Of a DNA stretch of 64,000 nt, positions 52,948 through 62,183 are shown piece by piece. The notes below the pieces were generated by a model. It saw nothing but the letters and a program-made list of their open reading frames with translations. It searched no databases and was not told the DNA's origin. This DNA is from Halobacteriovoraceae bacterium (GTDB lineage: Bacteria; Bdellovibrionota; Bacteriovoracia; Bacteriovoracales; Bacteriovoracaceae), in NCBI GenBank assembly GCA_963719505.1, contig CAVRCF010000005.1, positions 1,199,643 to 1,263,642 on the forward strand. Reading direction: 5' to 3'. Positions within the stretch are counted from its first letter, which is position 1; every line of letters begins with the position of its first letter. Made by a program: the position numbers and the translations under genes.

Positions 52948-54029
52948 AAACTTCTCCCCTGTAAATAAACATCAAGGAGATCAAAGTGCTTATCTAAAAC
53001 TAAGATATCCGCTCTCCTTCCGACCTTTAAGCACCCTCTGTCGTTTGCACCAAGTAAATCGGCTTGTATTTGAGAGAGTCTTTTTGATGACTCCACCATC
53101 GACAGATCAAGACTGAGAATATTCTTTAAGGCTTGAATCATTGTCAGAGAACTTCCGGCCAAAGTTCCATCGGCAAGTCGTATTCCATTTCCACACTTAT
53201 GCACATCGTGCGTTCCTAGTCGATAGGTTCCATCTGGCATCCCACAAGCCGCTGTTGCATCTGTCACAAAGTAAAGTTTAGGTATGGATCTTAATGCAAC
53301 TTTTATAGCACCAGGGTGAACATGTAAAAGATCAGGAATAAGTTCGGCACACTGAGCATGAGCGAGACTTGCTCCCGTGAGTCCAGGAGCTCTATGATGA
53401 AAGCCTGACATAGCGTTAAAGACGTGAGTGACACTGTCAGCCTTCTTTTCAAGAAACTCTTTTGACGTTTCATAGTCAGCATTTGAATGACCAATTTGAA
53501 TGAGAATATCTCTCTTTTTTAAAACTTGAACTTCGCTCTGTGAAATATTTGATTCAGGGGCAAGAGTAATAATCTTTATGGGTGCAATTTCATGTAAAGA
53601 TAAAACTTCTTCAAGATTAAAGGCCCTTGAAAACGCTGGTTGGGCCCCTAATTTATCAGGCGAAATAAAAGGACCTTCAAGATGAACTCCCAAAATTTTT
53701 GCCTCTGCCTTGGTAGGTGTTTTCATCACACTAGCAATAGCATGAAATATATTTTTAAGTTTCTCTGGAGTATCCGTGAGAGTCGTAGCTAAAAGTGAGG
53801 TTGTTCCATTTTTAGCGTGGCAGGTAAGCATGGTTCTAATTGCTGACTCTCCCTCCATAATATCACATCCCCCTCCCCCGTGAACGTGAAGATCAATAAA
53901 GCCTGGTAAAATCCAACTTTCATTCTCTTTTATTTTTGACACTTTGCTGATGTTTAGAATCTCATCATTAAACTCTATTTCACCATAAAAAGAACTTTCA
54001 CCTGTAACAATATTACCTTTAATTTTCAT
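52944..54029 (-). CDS. nagA: N-acetylglucosamine-6-phosphate deacetylase
   Basis: PGFIDLHVHG, HLEGPF, GHS, THVFNAM, HVHP, VTDA, LAGS. Confidence 0.95.
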   Translation of the reverse strand: MKIKGNIVTGESSFYGEIEFNDEILNISKVSKIKENESWILPGFIDLHVHGGGGCDIMEGESAIRTMLTCHAKNGTTSLLATTLTDTPEKLKNIFHAIASVMKTPTKAEAKILGVHLEGPFISPDKLGAQPAFSRAFNLEEVLSLHEIAPIKIITLAPESNISQSEVQVLKKRDILIQIGHSNADYETSKEFLEKKADSVTHVFNAMSGFHHRAPGLTGASLAHAQCAELIPDLLHVHPGAIKVALRSIPKLYFVTDATAACGMPDGTYRLGTHDVHKCGNGIRLADGTLAGSSLTMIQALKNILSLDLSMVESSKRLSQIQADLLGANDRGCLKVGRRADILVLDKHFDLLDVYLQGRSL

Positions 54030-54891
54030 TTCGACCTTTATCTTTAATCAGCATGAGTGCTCCATCGACTGAGCTTCCGATTCCTGACGTGCATCTTTTT
54101 GAAATATGCTCAGGAAGATGGGGTAAAAACTGCTCTCCCAATTTTCCACACATCACCACCGGTAAAAGCTTCGTTTTATCCAAAGCCTCAATCATCTGTT
54201 CAATATCGGCCAAGGCTTTTTCGATAAGTTCCTTGGCAAACAAGTCTTCATTTTGTACTGAGAAAACTAAAGGAGCTAAAGAGGCATAATCTGTTTGAGT
54301 GGCAAGGCCCAACCATTTTAAAAATTCGTTTGAGCTTTTTCCACATTTTTCTTTTATAAGCTTTGATAGAGGACTCGCTTTCACTCTTCCATCCAAGACC
54401 TTCTCCGTATACCTAACAGATTGGATACCAAGCCAAGACCCGGAAGCTTCGTCTCCAGCGGGATATCCCCAACCAGAAACGCTGTGAATTTTTCCAGAAA
54501 TGTCTTTGCTCATTCCAATGCTTCCAGTTCCCAAAGCAATAATAACTCCAGGATTGTCATTATGAGCACCAAGTAAAGTGGTAAATCCATCGGCTTTAGC
54601 GACAACCTTTGAGAAGCCTGGATTGGCCAAGAGGAATTCTTTTTTCCAACTCGAATTGTTCATCCCGGAGATTCCAGCCCCCAAGTAACATTCACTTAAT
54701 TTAATATCTTTAATACATTCATTTAGAGTTTTAACAATGACCTGCCAAGACTTTTCAACCCCTAGGGATAATGCTGAAGCTGGTCCATTTCCCTGGGTAA
54801 TCAAAGCACCAGTCGTGTCCATGATTTTTAGACGAGTCCCTGTCCCTCCTCCATCAACACCAATATAGTACTTAGCTTTTTTCATACCCAA
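54019..54891 (-). CDS. N-acetylglucosamine kinase (BadF/BadG/BcrA/BcrD ATPase family)
   Basis: GVDGGGTGT, GTGS, GWG..GDEASG; first gene of the nagA operon. Confidence 0.85.
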   Translation of the reverse strand: MGMKKAKYYIGVDGGGTGTRLKIMDTTGALITQGNGPASALSLGVEKSWQVIVKTLNECIKDIKLSECYLGAGISGMNNSSWKKEFLLANPGFSKVVAKADGFTTLLGAHNDNPGVIIALGTGSIGMSKDISGKIHSVSGWGYPAGDEASGSWLGIQSVRYTEKVLDGRVKASPLSKLIKEKCGKSSNEFLKWLGLATQTDYASLAPLVFSVQNEDLFAKELIEKALADIEQMIEALDKTKLLPVVMCGKLGEQFLPHLPEHISKRCTSGIGSSVDGALMLIKDKGRNEN

Positions 54892-55112
54892 TTTTATGAC
54901 CTTCAGTGGTAAAGATCAATAGTATTACTCTACATTATCAGGGATGTCAGACTCGTTGGCGTTTTCAAGATTACTATTGCCTTTCAAATTATTAAGTTTT
55001 TAAATTTTGTAAAATAGTGGACTAAAATATCAAGCTGTTCATCCCTAATAGGACTATATTAATCTAGAAATCAACTCAGTTTTACTTCTGCTAAGAGTCT
55101 TTAAGAAAGGGC

Positions 55113-55961
55113 TCATATATCGAGAGAGTTATTTCCGCTATATAAATCTTGAATCTCTTGGGTTGTCAGTAAGCGGTTCCATAGACCAAACGAATCAAGG
55201 TTCCCTCTAAAACGATCAAGAGCTGGATTTGTGGGATAGCCGTAGCTATTATACCTTTCGCATAATGAAATATAAGTATCACTTGTAGCATATTGGGTAA
55301 CGACGTCTGAAAGAACAAGCGCTCCATCAATGTAGACATTAATAGACCAATTGGGATTTGATCTTTGAAAGCTTACAACCAAGTGGTGCCAATTACTATT
55401 TTGACTACTTATTGTTGTCTTAACCGAGATAGAATCAGAAACATCAACGGAGTCTTGTCGACTAATGACACTAAGGGTATCAACAGTAGCATTAGAGCAA
55501 GAAACTGGAGATCTAGTAACAACCTCAAGCCCCCGCGTTGAGAAGATCGAATTGTCAAAAGAAGAAGTACAAGTGGTCCCCTTTTGAACCCAAATAGAAA
55601 AAGAAAAACTGCTTAGTGAACTTTTTGAAAGTGTATCTACAGATTTAACCATCTGGTTTGTTCCACCAATTCCAGTTGCATTTTGACAGCTAATCCCTTG
55701 TGCATGCTGTCCAGAAACTCTTCCCATTCCTCCCGCCATTGTCTCTAAGTCAGTGAGTTGTTTTGAGAAAACCTGACCGACAAACGGTTGATTTGAACTG
55801 ATGGACTCTTCAAACCGCCAAAATCCGAATATTTCGTCTGTAAGCTCTAAATCTGTATTGCTATCAGATCGATTTTGAAAGGCTTCATCAATATTTGCCT
55901 TAGATCCAGTAACGGCTTCTATAAAATTACAACCAGCTGTGAGAGAGAGCACCAAAACCAC
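55113..55961 (-). CDS. LamG-like jelly-roll lipoprotein (start uncertain)
   Basis: TAGC lipobox-like; FSFSIW, WHHLVV, YIDG, FRGNLD..GLWNR.LT..EI..LY. Confidence 0.7.
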   Translation of the reverse strand: MVLVLSLTAGCNFIEAVTGSKANIDEAFQNRSDSNTDLELTDEIFGFWRFEESISSNQPFVGQVFSKQLTDLETMAGGMGRVSGQHAQGISCQNATGIGGTNQMVKSVDTLSKSSLSSFSFSIWVQKGTTCTSSFDNSIFSTRGLEVVTRSPVSCSNATVDTLSVISRQDSVDVSDSISVKTTISSQNSNWHHLVVSFQRSNPNWSINVYIDGALVLSDVVTQYATSDTYISLCERYNSYGYPTNPALDRFRGNLDSFGLWNRLLTTQEIQDLYSGNNSLDI

Positions 55962-56150
55962 ACAAATATATCTAGTGGTAGACGATAGGAAATCATTTAT
56001 TTTCCTTCTATAAATCTTTTGAAACTTTAAGAAGATTATAGCAGTGAAAATTATTTATCAGGAATTTTTAATTTTAGTAAATATCTGCCTTAAATGTAGA
56101 TCTGCTTAGTTGCACCAAAAAGAAAAAGACCGCCTAACGGACTAAAAGAA

Positions 56151-56843
56151 TCAGCGATTTGAAGGTAAAGCAATAATTGCTTGGTAAAGCTCTTCAAGTC
56201 GAGAGATCGGATCAGTTGACTGAAGGATTTGTTGCATTTTGAACTCTTGGAGTCGTAAAAAGCGAAAGAGCTTGAAACTAAAATCATTCACAGATTTTTC
56301 TCGAGAAAGCTCGCTTATTTCCTCACTTGCTTCAACTTTTTGTAAAGCAAGTTGATCTTTTAAAAAATTTATAATGAGATCTTTTTGTTTAACGACCCTC
56401 TCATTAGCATTTGAAAACTCCAACTCGAAAGCATCACGATATTCCTCACACATCCCAATCTTGTAAGGCTCATTCTGTATGATGTTCACAATTCTAAAGC
56501 GTTTGAGCATATGAATAGAAACGAGATAGCGCCCATCCTGCGTTTTTTCAGTTATATCAACTGGGCCTGCGCTAAAGATATCCTCGGGTTTATAAGTTGA
56601 AAGATTTTGTTGGTAGAGTAAATAAGCTTCATCAATAGAATTTGCTCTTGTGCTTATACTTTTTGCAAATCGTTCTATACTCTGAGTATGGCATACACCA
56701 AGAAGCTTGTTTCTATCGACACAGTCTTGAATCATTTGCCGATACCGTGGCTCAAAGACGTGCAAAGGCACAATAGTTTGTGGGAAGTTTACAGATCCGG
56801 GGATGGGAAATAGAGCAATTTCGTAAAGACCATTATTATTCAT
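56151..56843 (-). CDS. Lon N-terminal substrate-binding domain protein
   Basis: LFPI...FP...PLHVFEPRYRQMI...DGRY. Confidence 0.85.
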   Translation of the reverse strand: MNNNGLYEIALFPIPGSVNFPQTIVPLHVFEPRYRQMIQDCVDRNKLLGVCHTQSIERFAKSISTRANSIDEAYLLYQQNLSTYKPEDIFSAGPVDITEKTQDGRYLVSIHMLKRFRIVNIIQNEPYKIGMCEEYRDAFELEFSNANERVVKQKDLIINFLKDQLALQKVEASEEISELSREKSVNDFSFKLFRFLRLQEFKMQQILQSTDPISRLEELYQAIIALPSNR

Positions 56844-57194
56844 ACATCCTTTATAACATTTATATCTTAGACATTTAATAAATGCTTTTGTCTGTCTAAG
56901 AAAATTTTAGGAGGTCTACAATGAAGCTAGATCTTGTTTTGCATATTCCAGCTTGTAATTTGTAGCGGAGCAATTAGACTCCAAAACGTTGAATTATAGC
57001 TGCGATTATAAGGATAGAAAAACGAGGCACCACAACCGTCTCCCCTTTTATTTTAAATTGAATACCTATTCCCTTCCAAAAATCTGATTGTTGAAAAAAA
57101 GGTGGGGAGCATTAGGAGTTATAAGGCTACACCTTGCAGCATAAATCTAAGATGAGGGCTTTTTATTTGCTTCATTTCTCGGTAAAATTAATGA

Positions 57195-58286
57195 ATGAAA
57201 AGAAGAAGCTTTCTAACATTTTTATTCCTACTCAGCCCTATGACTTGGCTAAGTGGATGCAAAAACTGGTTTTATAAAACTGAACAAAAGAGAGAAAAAA
57301 TGAAATTAACTCCAATCGACTTTCAATGGCCAACACTTGACCCTTTCTTGTTTTGTGTCCACCATTTTGACCACTATCCAACGGGAAACGATCAACATGG
57401 TTTAGATGCTAAGCATTTTCTGGGCAGAAATATGGGCTCTGATTTTATGCCGAAGGACGGCTTTAGAATTTATCATGGCCAAGAGATACCAGGTTTTCCA
57501 GTTCATCCACATCGTGGGTTTGAAACCATCACAATTGTGAGGAAGGGCTACGTGGATCATGCCGATTCACTTGGAGCTGCTGGAAGATATGGTGAAGGAG
57601 ATGTACAGTGGCTAACTGCGGGGTCAGGTATTCAGCACTCAGAGATGTTTCCCCTACTACACAAAGATAAAGAGAATACTCTTGAATTGTTTCAGATATG
57701 GATTAATTTACCAAAAGCAAATAAAATGGTTCCAGCTGATTTTAAAATGCTTTGGTCAGAGAAAATTCCAAAAATTAAAAAAGATAACTATGAAGTCACA
57801 CTTATCTCTGGTGAATTTGAAGATCAGACTTTTTATCAAGCACCTAAAGATAGTTGGGCTGCAAAGCCTGAGAATAATGTGAATATATTATTAGTAAACT
57901 TAAAAGAAGGCGCTGAATTCAAATATCCTAAAGCTAAACAGACTACGAATCGGGTGCTCTATTTCTTTGGTGGAGACAAAATCATAGTTAATGGAGAAGA
58001 AATAGCACAGAAAAGTGCACTCTACCCTGACTCTGACCAAGACTTAGTCCTAAAGACAAGTGGTAACTGTGAAGTCTTAATACTTGAAGCCAAGCCGATC
58101 GCTGAACCAGTTGTTCAGCATGGACCTTTTGTTATGAATTCAAAAGCTGAAATCGTTCAAACCTTTGAGGACTATCAAAAAACACAATTTGGAGGATGGA
58201 GTTGGGATCGCACAGATATGATTCACGGAAGTGAAACGAATCGCTTTGCAAAATACCCAAACGGTAAAATTGAAAAGCCAATTTAG
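57195..58286 (+). CDS. Pirin family protein with Tat/lipoprotein-like N-terminal extension
   Basis: DPFLFCVHH, HPHRGFET, AGSGIQHSE, FQIW.NLP, GPFVMN; N-terminus KRRSFL...LSGC. Confidence 0.9.
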   Translation: MKRRSFLTFLFLLSPMTWLSGCKNWFYKTEQKREKMKLTPIDFQWPTLDPFLFCVHHFDHYPTGNDQHGLDAKHFLGRNMGSDFMPKDGFRIYHGQEIPGFPVHPHRGFETITIVRKGYVDHADSLGAAGRYGEGDVQWLTAGSGIQHSEMFPLLHKDKENTLELFQIWINLPKANKMVPADFKMLWSEKIPKIKKDNYEVTLISGEFEDQTFYQAPKDSWAAKPENNVNILLVNLKEGAEFKYPKAKQTTNRVLYFFGGDKIIVNGEEIAQKSALYPDSDQDLVLKTSGNCEVLILEAKPIAEPVVQHGPFVMNSKAEIVQTFEDYQKTQFGGWSWDRTDMIHGSETNRFAKYPNGKIEKPI

Positions 58287-58357
58287 TTTTAAGTATATAA
58301 AGATGAGATTTTAATTATAAGACTCCTAAAAGTCTCCATAGGAATTAAAAACTGTGG

Positions 58358-59887
58358 TTAGTTTAAAATATATTTAAGAGAAAAATCCTCTCCCGATATT
58401 TTTCGGAATAAATCTTCAAACTTATACAATCCAGAAGGTTGAATGACTTTTTCTTTTAAGAATTTTCCAAAGCCCTTGGTGTCTTCAAAAATTGATTTAA
58501 TTCCATGATCTCGACAATAAACTTCTTTAAACATTTCACAAGTGACGTCTCCCATAAAGTAATTATGCAAGTAAATAGGATGTGTTGTGTGATGAATTAA
58601 GTACCCCCAAGGAGGCTCCCCTACAAAAGAATCGATCGTCCCAAGTTCTGTCATATACTCAATATTTAACTGATTTATATCATCGAGATTTTTCAGATCT
58701 TTTCTATAAAGGTCTTGGTCGAATAATATTGTCTGAATACTTGTTAGTGAACTTTTTTTGTTCCAATCACATAGCCGTTTAAACTCAGTGCTCGCATTTT
58801 TATCTTTAAAAAATTGTGAATAAAAAAGTTCTTCTTTTTGCATCCCTCCAAAAAGATTGGCTAAGCCTTCAGATATAATGCCACTTATGCCCCAGTTAAG
58901 AATCGTGTCCTCAGGATCTATATTATTATAATGATTAGCGTGTCCTGCTTCATGAAGAAGAACATTGTAATGAGAATACTGGTTATCTATATTGGCCAGA
59001 ATTCGACAGTCTTTCCCTAACTCTACAGTAAACTGATAGCCCCATTCTGACTTATTTTTTCTAGGAAAAACATCGAAAGTAATATTTTGTTTTGTTAAAT
59101 CAAAATCAAATTTTTTATAAAGATCACAAAGGTATGAATAGTAGTCAATCATATTCACCTCCTTCTTATTGTATGAGCATATTTGATTAGCAATATATCT
59201 CTCATCCCAAGGTTCTAAGTTTTCTTTTTTTAGAAACTTTTCAGCATATCTTTGACTGTCCTTTTTTAAAGAAGGTAAAAATTCTTTAAGTTGTTTTTCC
59301 CAGTCTTTAAAGAGTGATGGACTAAGTTCATTCACTTCAAGCTCCATCGCTACAAAGTCACTCGCACCATACAGCCTTGCATATTCTTTTCTAAGATTAA
59401 TGAGTTCAATAAATCCACCGTCCACAAGAGGCTTGTTGACTTGAGCTCGAGAACGCCAGGCCTTTTCTCGATTTTTTTCATCAGGACTGTTTGAAATAAT
59501 TTTACTTATATCAGTAGCGGTATGTTCTATACCGTCAATTTTAGATCTATGTGTGTTTAGAACACCAGACAATTTAGTCGTAAGGGTTGAAATTCTTTCA
59601 TCTAATTCATTTAATTCTCTAGATAAGTGATACGGCTTAAAACTATTGAAAAGTAATTCCACACAACGTTTATCATGTTCATTTAAATTTTTGTCTTGAA
59701 AGGACTTTATAAGATCAAAATTCTTTTTATCTTTATATATTTCTTTGATTTTCTTTAAAGAGTCTTCAACACCAAAATCATCCCCTGTTGTATAGTACGT
59801 CCAGTTTCTTTTACTACAATCAGTAGATTTTTCCTTGATACTATTGGCAAGTTCAATTAATGGCTGTATTTCTAATTTTGAATTCAT
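58358..59887 (-). CDS. Gluzincin metallopeptidase (M3/M2-like)
   Basis: HEAGH plus downstream SEG; HPIYLHNY. Confidence 0.8.
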   Translation of the reverse strand: MNSKLEIQPLIELANSIKEKSTDCSKRNWTYYTTGDDFGVEDSLKKIKEIYKDKKNFDLIKSFQDKNLNEHDKRCVELLFNSFKPYHLSRELNELDERISTLTTKLSGVLNTHRSKIDGIEHTATDISKIISNSPDEKNREKAWRSRAQVNKPLVDGGFIELINLRKEYARLYGASDFVAMELEVNELSPSLFKDWEKQLKEFLPSLKKDSQRYAEKFLKKENLEPWDERYIANQICSYNKKEVNMIDYYSYLCDLYKKFDFDLTKQNITFDVFPRKNKSEWGYQFTVELGKDCRILANIDNQYSHYNVLLHEAGHANHYNNIDPEDTILNWGISGIISEGLANLFGGMQKEELFYSQFFKDKNASTEFKRLCDWNKKSSLTSIQTILFDQDLYRKDLKNLDDINQLNIEYMTELGTIDSFVGEPPWGYLIHHTTHPIYLHNYFMGDVTCEMFKEVYCRDHGIKSIFEDTKGFGKFLKEKVIQPSGLYKFEDLFRKISGEDFSLKYILN

Positions 59888-59946
59888 ACCAAATCCTCTC
59901 AGGACAATTTTTGATATTTTCTATCATCATCTCTTATTATAGTTTC

Positions 59947-60354
59947 CTAATCAGGGAACCCGTCAAATCCTTGCAATTCCTCTAATTTCTCTTCCCAGTT
60001 AGCCTTGCTTCCTACAAATAAGTGGGCGTTTGGTTTTATATCGACTGGAACATCTAAACTGCCTGCTGGTACCACAAGTAATTTACCTGCATTTTGAATA
60101 ATTGGGAGTGCTGAACCACATTCTGAACAAAAGCTCTTAGCGTGCCTTGTCTTTGGCAAAGTAAAAGTCTTTACAAAACTATCCCCTAATAGCCAAGTGA
60201 ACTTTGAATTTGTTGAGAATAAATTTGCTGCATGAGCAGAACCAGTATCCTTCTGGCAAAACTTACAATGACAAAGAAAAAAACTTTGAAATTCTCCCTC
60301 AACCTCAAACTTTACTTTCTCACAAAGACAGGATCCTAAGTGTTTAGTGTTCAT
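59947..60354 (-). CDS. GFA family Zn-binding protein
   Basis: GSCLC, CHCKFCQK, FCSECGS. Confidence 0.9.
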   Translation of the reverse strand: MNTKHLGSCLCEKVKFEVEGEFQSFFLCHCKFCQKDTGSAHAANLFSTNSKFTWLLGDSFVKTFTLPKTRHAKSFCSECGSALPIIQNAGKLLVVPAGSLDVPVDIKPNAHLFVGSKANWEEKLEELQGFDGFPD

Positions 60355-60374
60355 ATTGTAATTCCTATTAGTTG

Positions 60375-60424
60375 GTTTGAGAGTTCATTTTAAGATGGTC
60401 TTCCCAGTTCGTCGACTATCGAAC
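60375..60424. repeat. att-like site 1 (50 bp)
   Basis: GTTTGAGAGTTCATTTTAAGA-TGGT-CTTCCCAGTTCGTCGACTA-TCGAAC. Confidence 0.6.
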
Positions 60425-60442
60425 GGCGACAATGAAAATAAT

Positions 60443-61207
60443 CTAACTTTCTTCATCTCTTAAAGTTAAAATTTCAACACCTGTTTCTGTCACTACTACT
60501 GTATGCTCCCACTGAGCAGAAAGCTTTCCATCTCTTGTCACAACAGTCCAATCATCAGAGAGATGCTTAATCTTTCCCCCACCTTCATTAACCATTGGCT
60601 CAATTGTAAAGACCATTCCCTTTTGAAGCTTTAGTCCCTTACCTTTTTTACCATAGTGGAGAACCTGCGGTTCCTCGTGCATCTCTGCTCCAATCCCGTG
60701 GCCACAATAATCTTTCACTATTGTATATCCATTTCTTAGAGCATGCCTATGGACATGAAAGCCTATGTCTCCCAGAGTATTACCAGGCTTTACCTGCTCA
60801 ATACCTTTCATCAGGCACTCTCTTGTAATTTCACATAATTTTACTGCTTCAGCGCTACACTTACCGACTAAATACATCCGTGAAGTATCTGCAATAAAAC
60901 CATGTTTTTTAACCGTAACATCAAGGTTAACTATATCCCCCTCCTTTAAAATTTCTTTTTCAGAGGGAACACCGTGGCAAACGACATTGTTAATAGATGA
61001 ATTTAAAGCAAATTGAAAATCGTATTGTCCAATAGATGATGGAATAGCATCGTAGTCTTCTCTGATCCACTTTTCAGCAAGCTTTGCTATCTTATATGTA
61101 GAAACACCAGCTTTTACTTCTGGAATCAACCGAGTGAGGATTTCGCCTGCAATTTGCCCTGTCTTTCGATAAAGCTCTATGTCTTGATCCGACTTTAAAT
61201 TAATCAT
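60443..61207 (-). CDS. map: Type I methionine aminopeptidase
   Basis: VVCHGVP, DVTV, ADTS, CGHGIG..MHEEP, FTIEPM, SAQWEHT. Confidence 0.96.
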   Translation of the reverse strand: MINLKSDQDIELYRKTGQIAGEILTRLIPEVKAGVSTYKIAKLAEKWIREDYDAIPSSIGQYDFQFALNSSINNVVCHGVPSEKEILKEGDIVNLDVTVKKHGFIADTSRMYLVGKCSAEAVKLCEITRECLMKGIEQVKPGNTLGDIGFHVHRHALRNGYTIVKDYCGHGIGAEMHEEPQVLHYGKKGKGLKLQKGMVFTIEPMVNEGGGKIKHLSDDWTVVTRDGKLSAQWEHTVVVTETGVEILTLRDEES

Positions 61208-61423
61208 TTCTTTTTAGTCTTCTTAACTATTTCAGAAACTCTCAACTTACTATATTTAAAAAGTAAGTCGCGTATCTCTTCATAGTTTATAGATGGATGC
61301 ATCTCTGCCAGCATTCCTATCTTTGATCCAGTGCTCGGCTTGTGAATTTAAAGAACGATCAAATACTCTTGAAGCTTCTCTAAGTTCATCATGAATTTCT
61401 TCTGATATTTTTACGATTCCCAT
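61204..61423 (-). pseudogene. ParD-like ribbon-helix-helix protein with a +1 frameshift near 61323
   Basis: MGIVKISEEIHDELR...RSLNSQAEHWIK, then IGMLAEMHP...KK* after removing one A; ATGA overlap with map. Confidence 0.75.
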
Positions 61424-61473
61424 TTTTATACATTATATAGCAAAACGTATATCGTCAATTAATAATGGAATCA

Positions 61474-61523
61474 GTTCGAGAGTTGGTTTTTAAGTGGTGC
61501 CCCGACGTCTCCGGTTATCGAAA
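61474..61523. repeat. att-like site 2 (50 bp)
   Basis: GTTCGAGAGTTGGTTTTTAAG-TGGT-GCCCCGACGTCTCCGGTTA-TCGAAA. Confidence 0.75.
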
Positions 61524-61531
61524 CAAAATTC

Positions 61532-62014
61532 TTAATCTTTGTTATTCAAGCCGATCTTCTTACGCTTTTTTGGGCTCAGCCTAACTTCTTCTAAGCTATC
61601 CAGTCTTTCAAAAACGACCTTAAACACCTATGTCACATTTTGCTCCAAACTATCAACTTTTCTATCTGTCCTCTCTTCAAGAGCATAAAAGCTTCTAAGT
61701 TTTGTAAAAATTCTCATAATTGAGATATTTACCTTAATCGCCTGCTTACTATTTAGAACTGATGACAGCATAGCGACTCCATTTTCTGTAAAAACAAGAG
61801 GTTGCTTCTGTTTCCCACCTCTTCCTACTTTTGATAGTTGAAACATAAAGTCATCTGGAAATCGATCTATATTCCTTCTAACCTGTTCGTTAAGTCTTTT
61901 TGTTTCAACTCCATAAAGTTTTGCCAAGTCACTATCAAGCATTACATTTTGTCCGCGAATAACATAAATCATGTTTTGAATTTGATCTAATTGAATTTCC
62001 ATTTTTATCCCCAT
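61532..62014 (-). pseudogene. ORF6N (KilA-N-like) DNA-binding protein with an in-frame TAG
   Basis: IRGQNVMLDSDLA.LYGVETKRLNEQVRRN..RFP.DFMFQL, FTENGVAMLSSVL; TAG at 61628-61630, then the frame continues to ...PKKRKKIGL. Confidence 0.8.
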
Positions 62015-62102
62015 TTTAATTAACAGAGCTTAATAAGTGAAATGCATAGTTCTTAAAAGTAATTGATTATAAGAAAGTGAGATATCTCATTTGAGAAATG
62101 AA

Positions 62103-62183
62103 TTTTTAACAAAAAAAAGCCTCGTGGGTTAGACGAAGCTTTTTGATAAATATTTGGTGCCTCGATGTCTCCGGTTATCGAAC
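62103..62183. repeat. Terminator arm plus tRNA-3'-like arm (att-like site 3)
   Basis: 62103-62152 repeats at 63950-64000; 62155-62182 matches 61495-61522 at 26 of 28 nt. Confidence 0.85.
62111..62144 (-). terminator. Intrinsic terminator, copy 1
   Basis: Minus strand AAAAAGCTTCGT-CTAACCC-ACGAGGCTTTTTTTT. Confidence 0.85.

Noticed and set aside
61628-61630. TAG reassignment or alternative genetic code
   Set aside because: Many intact genes in the window end normally at TAG; this is a single case.
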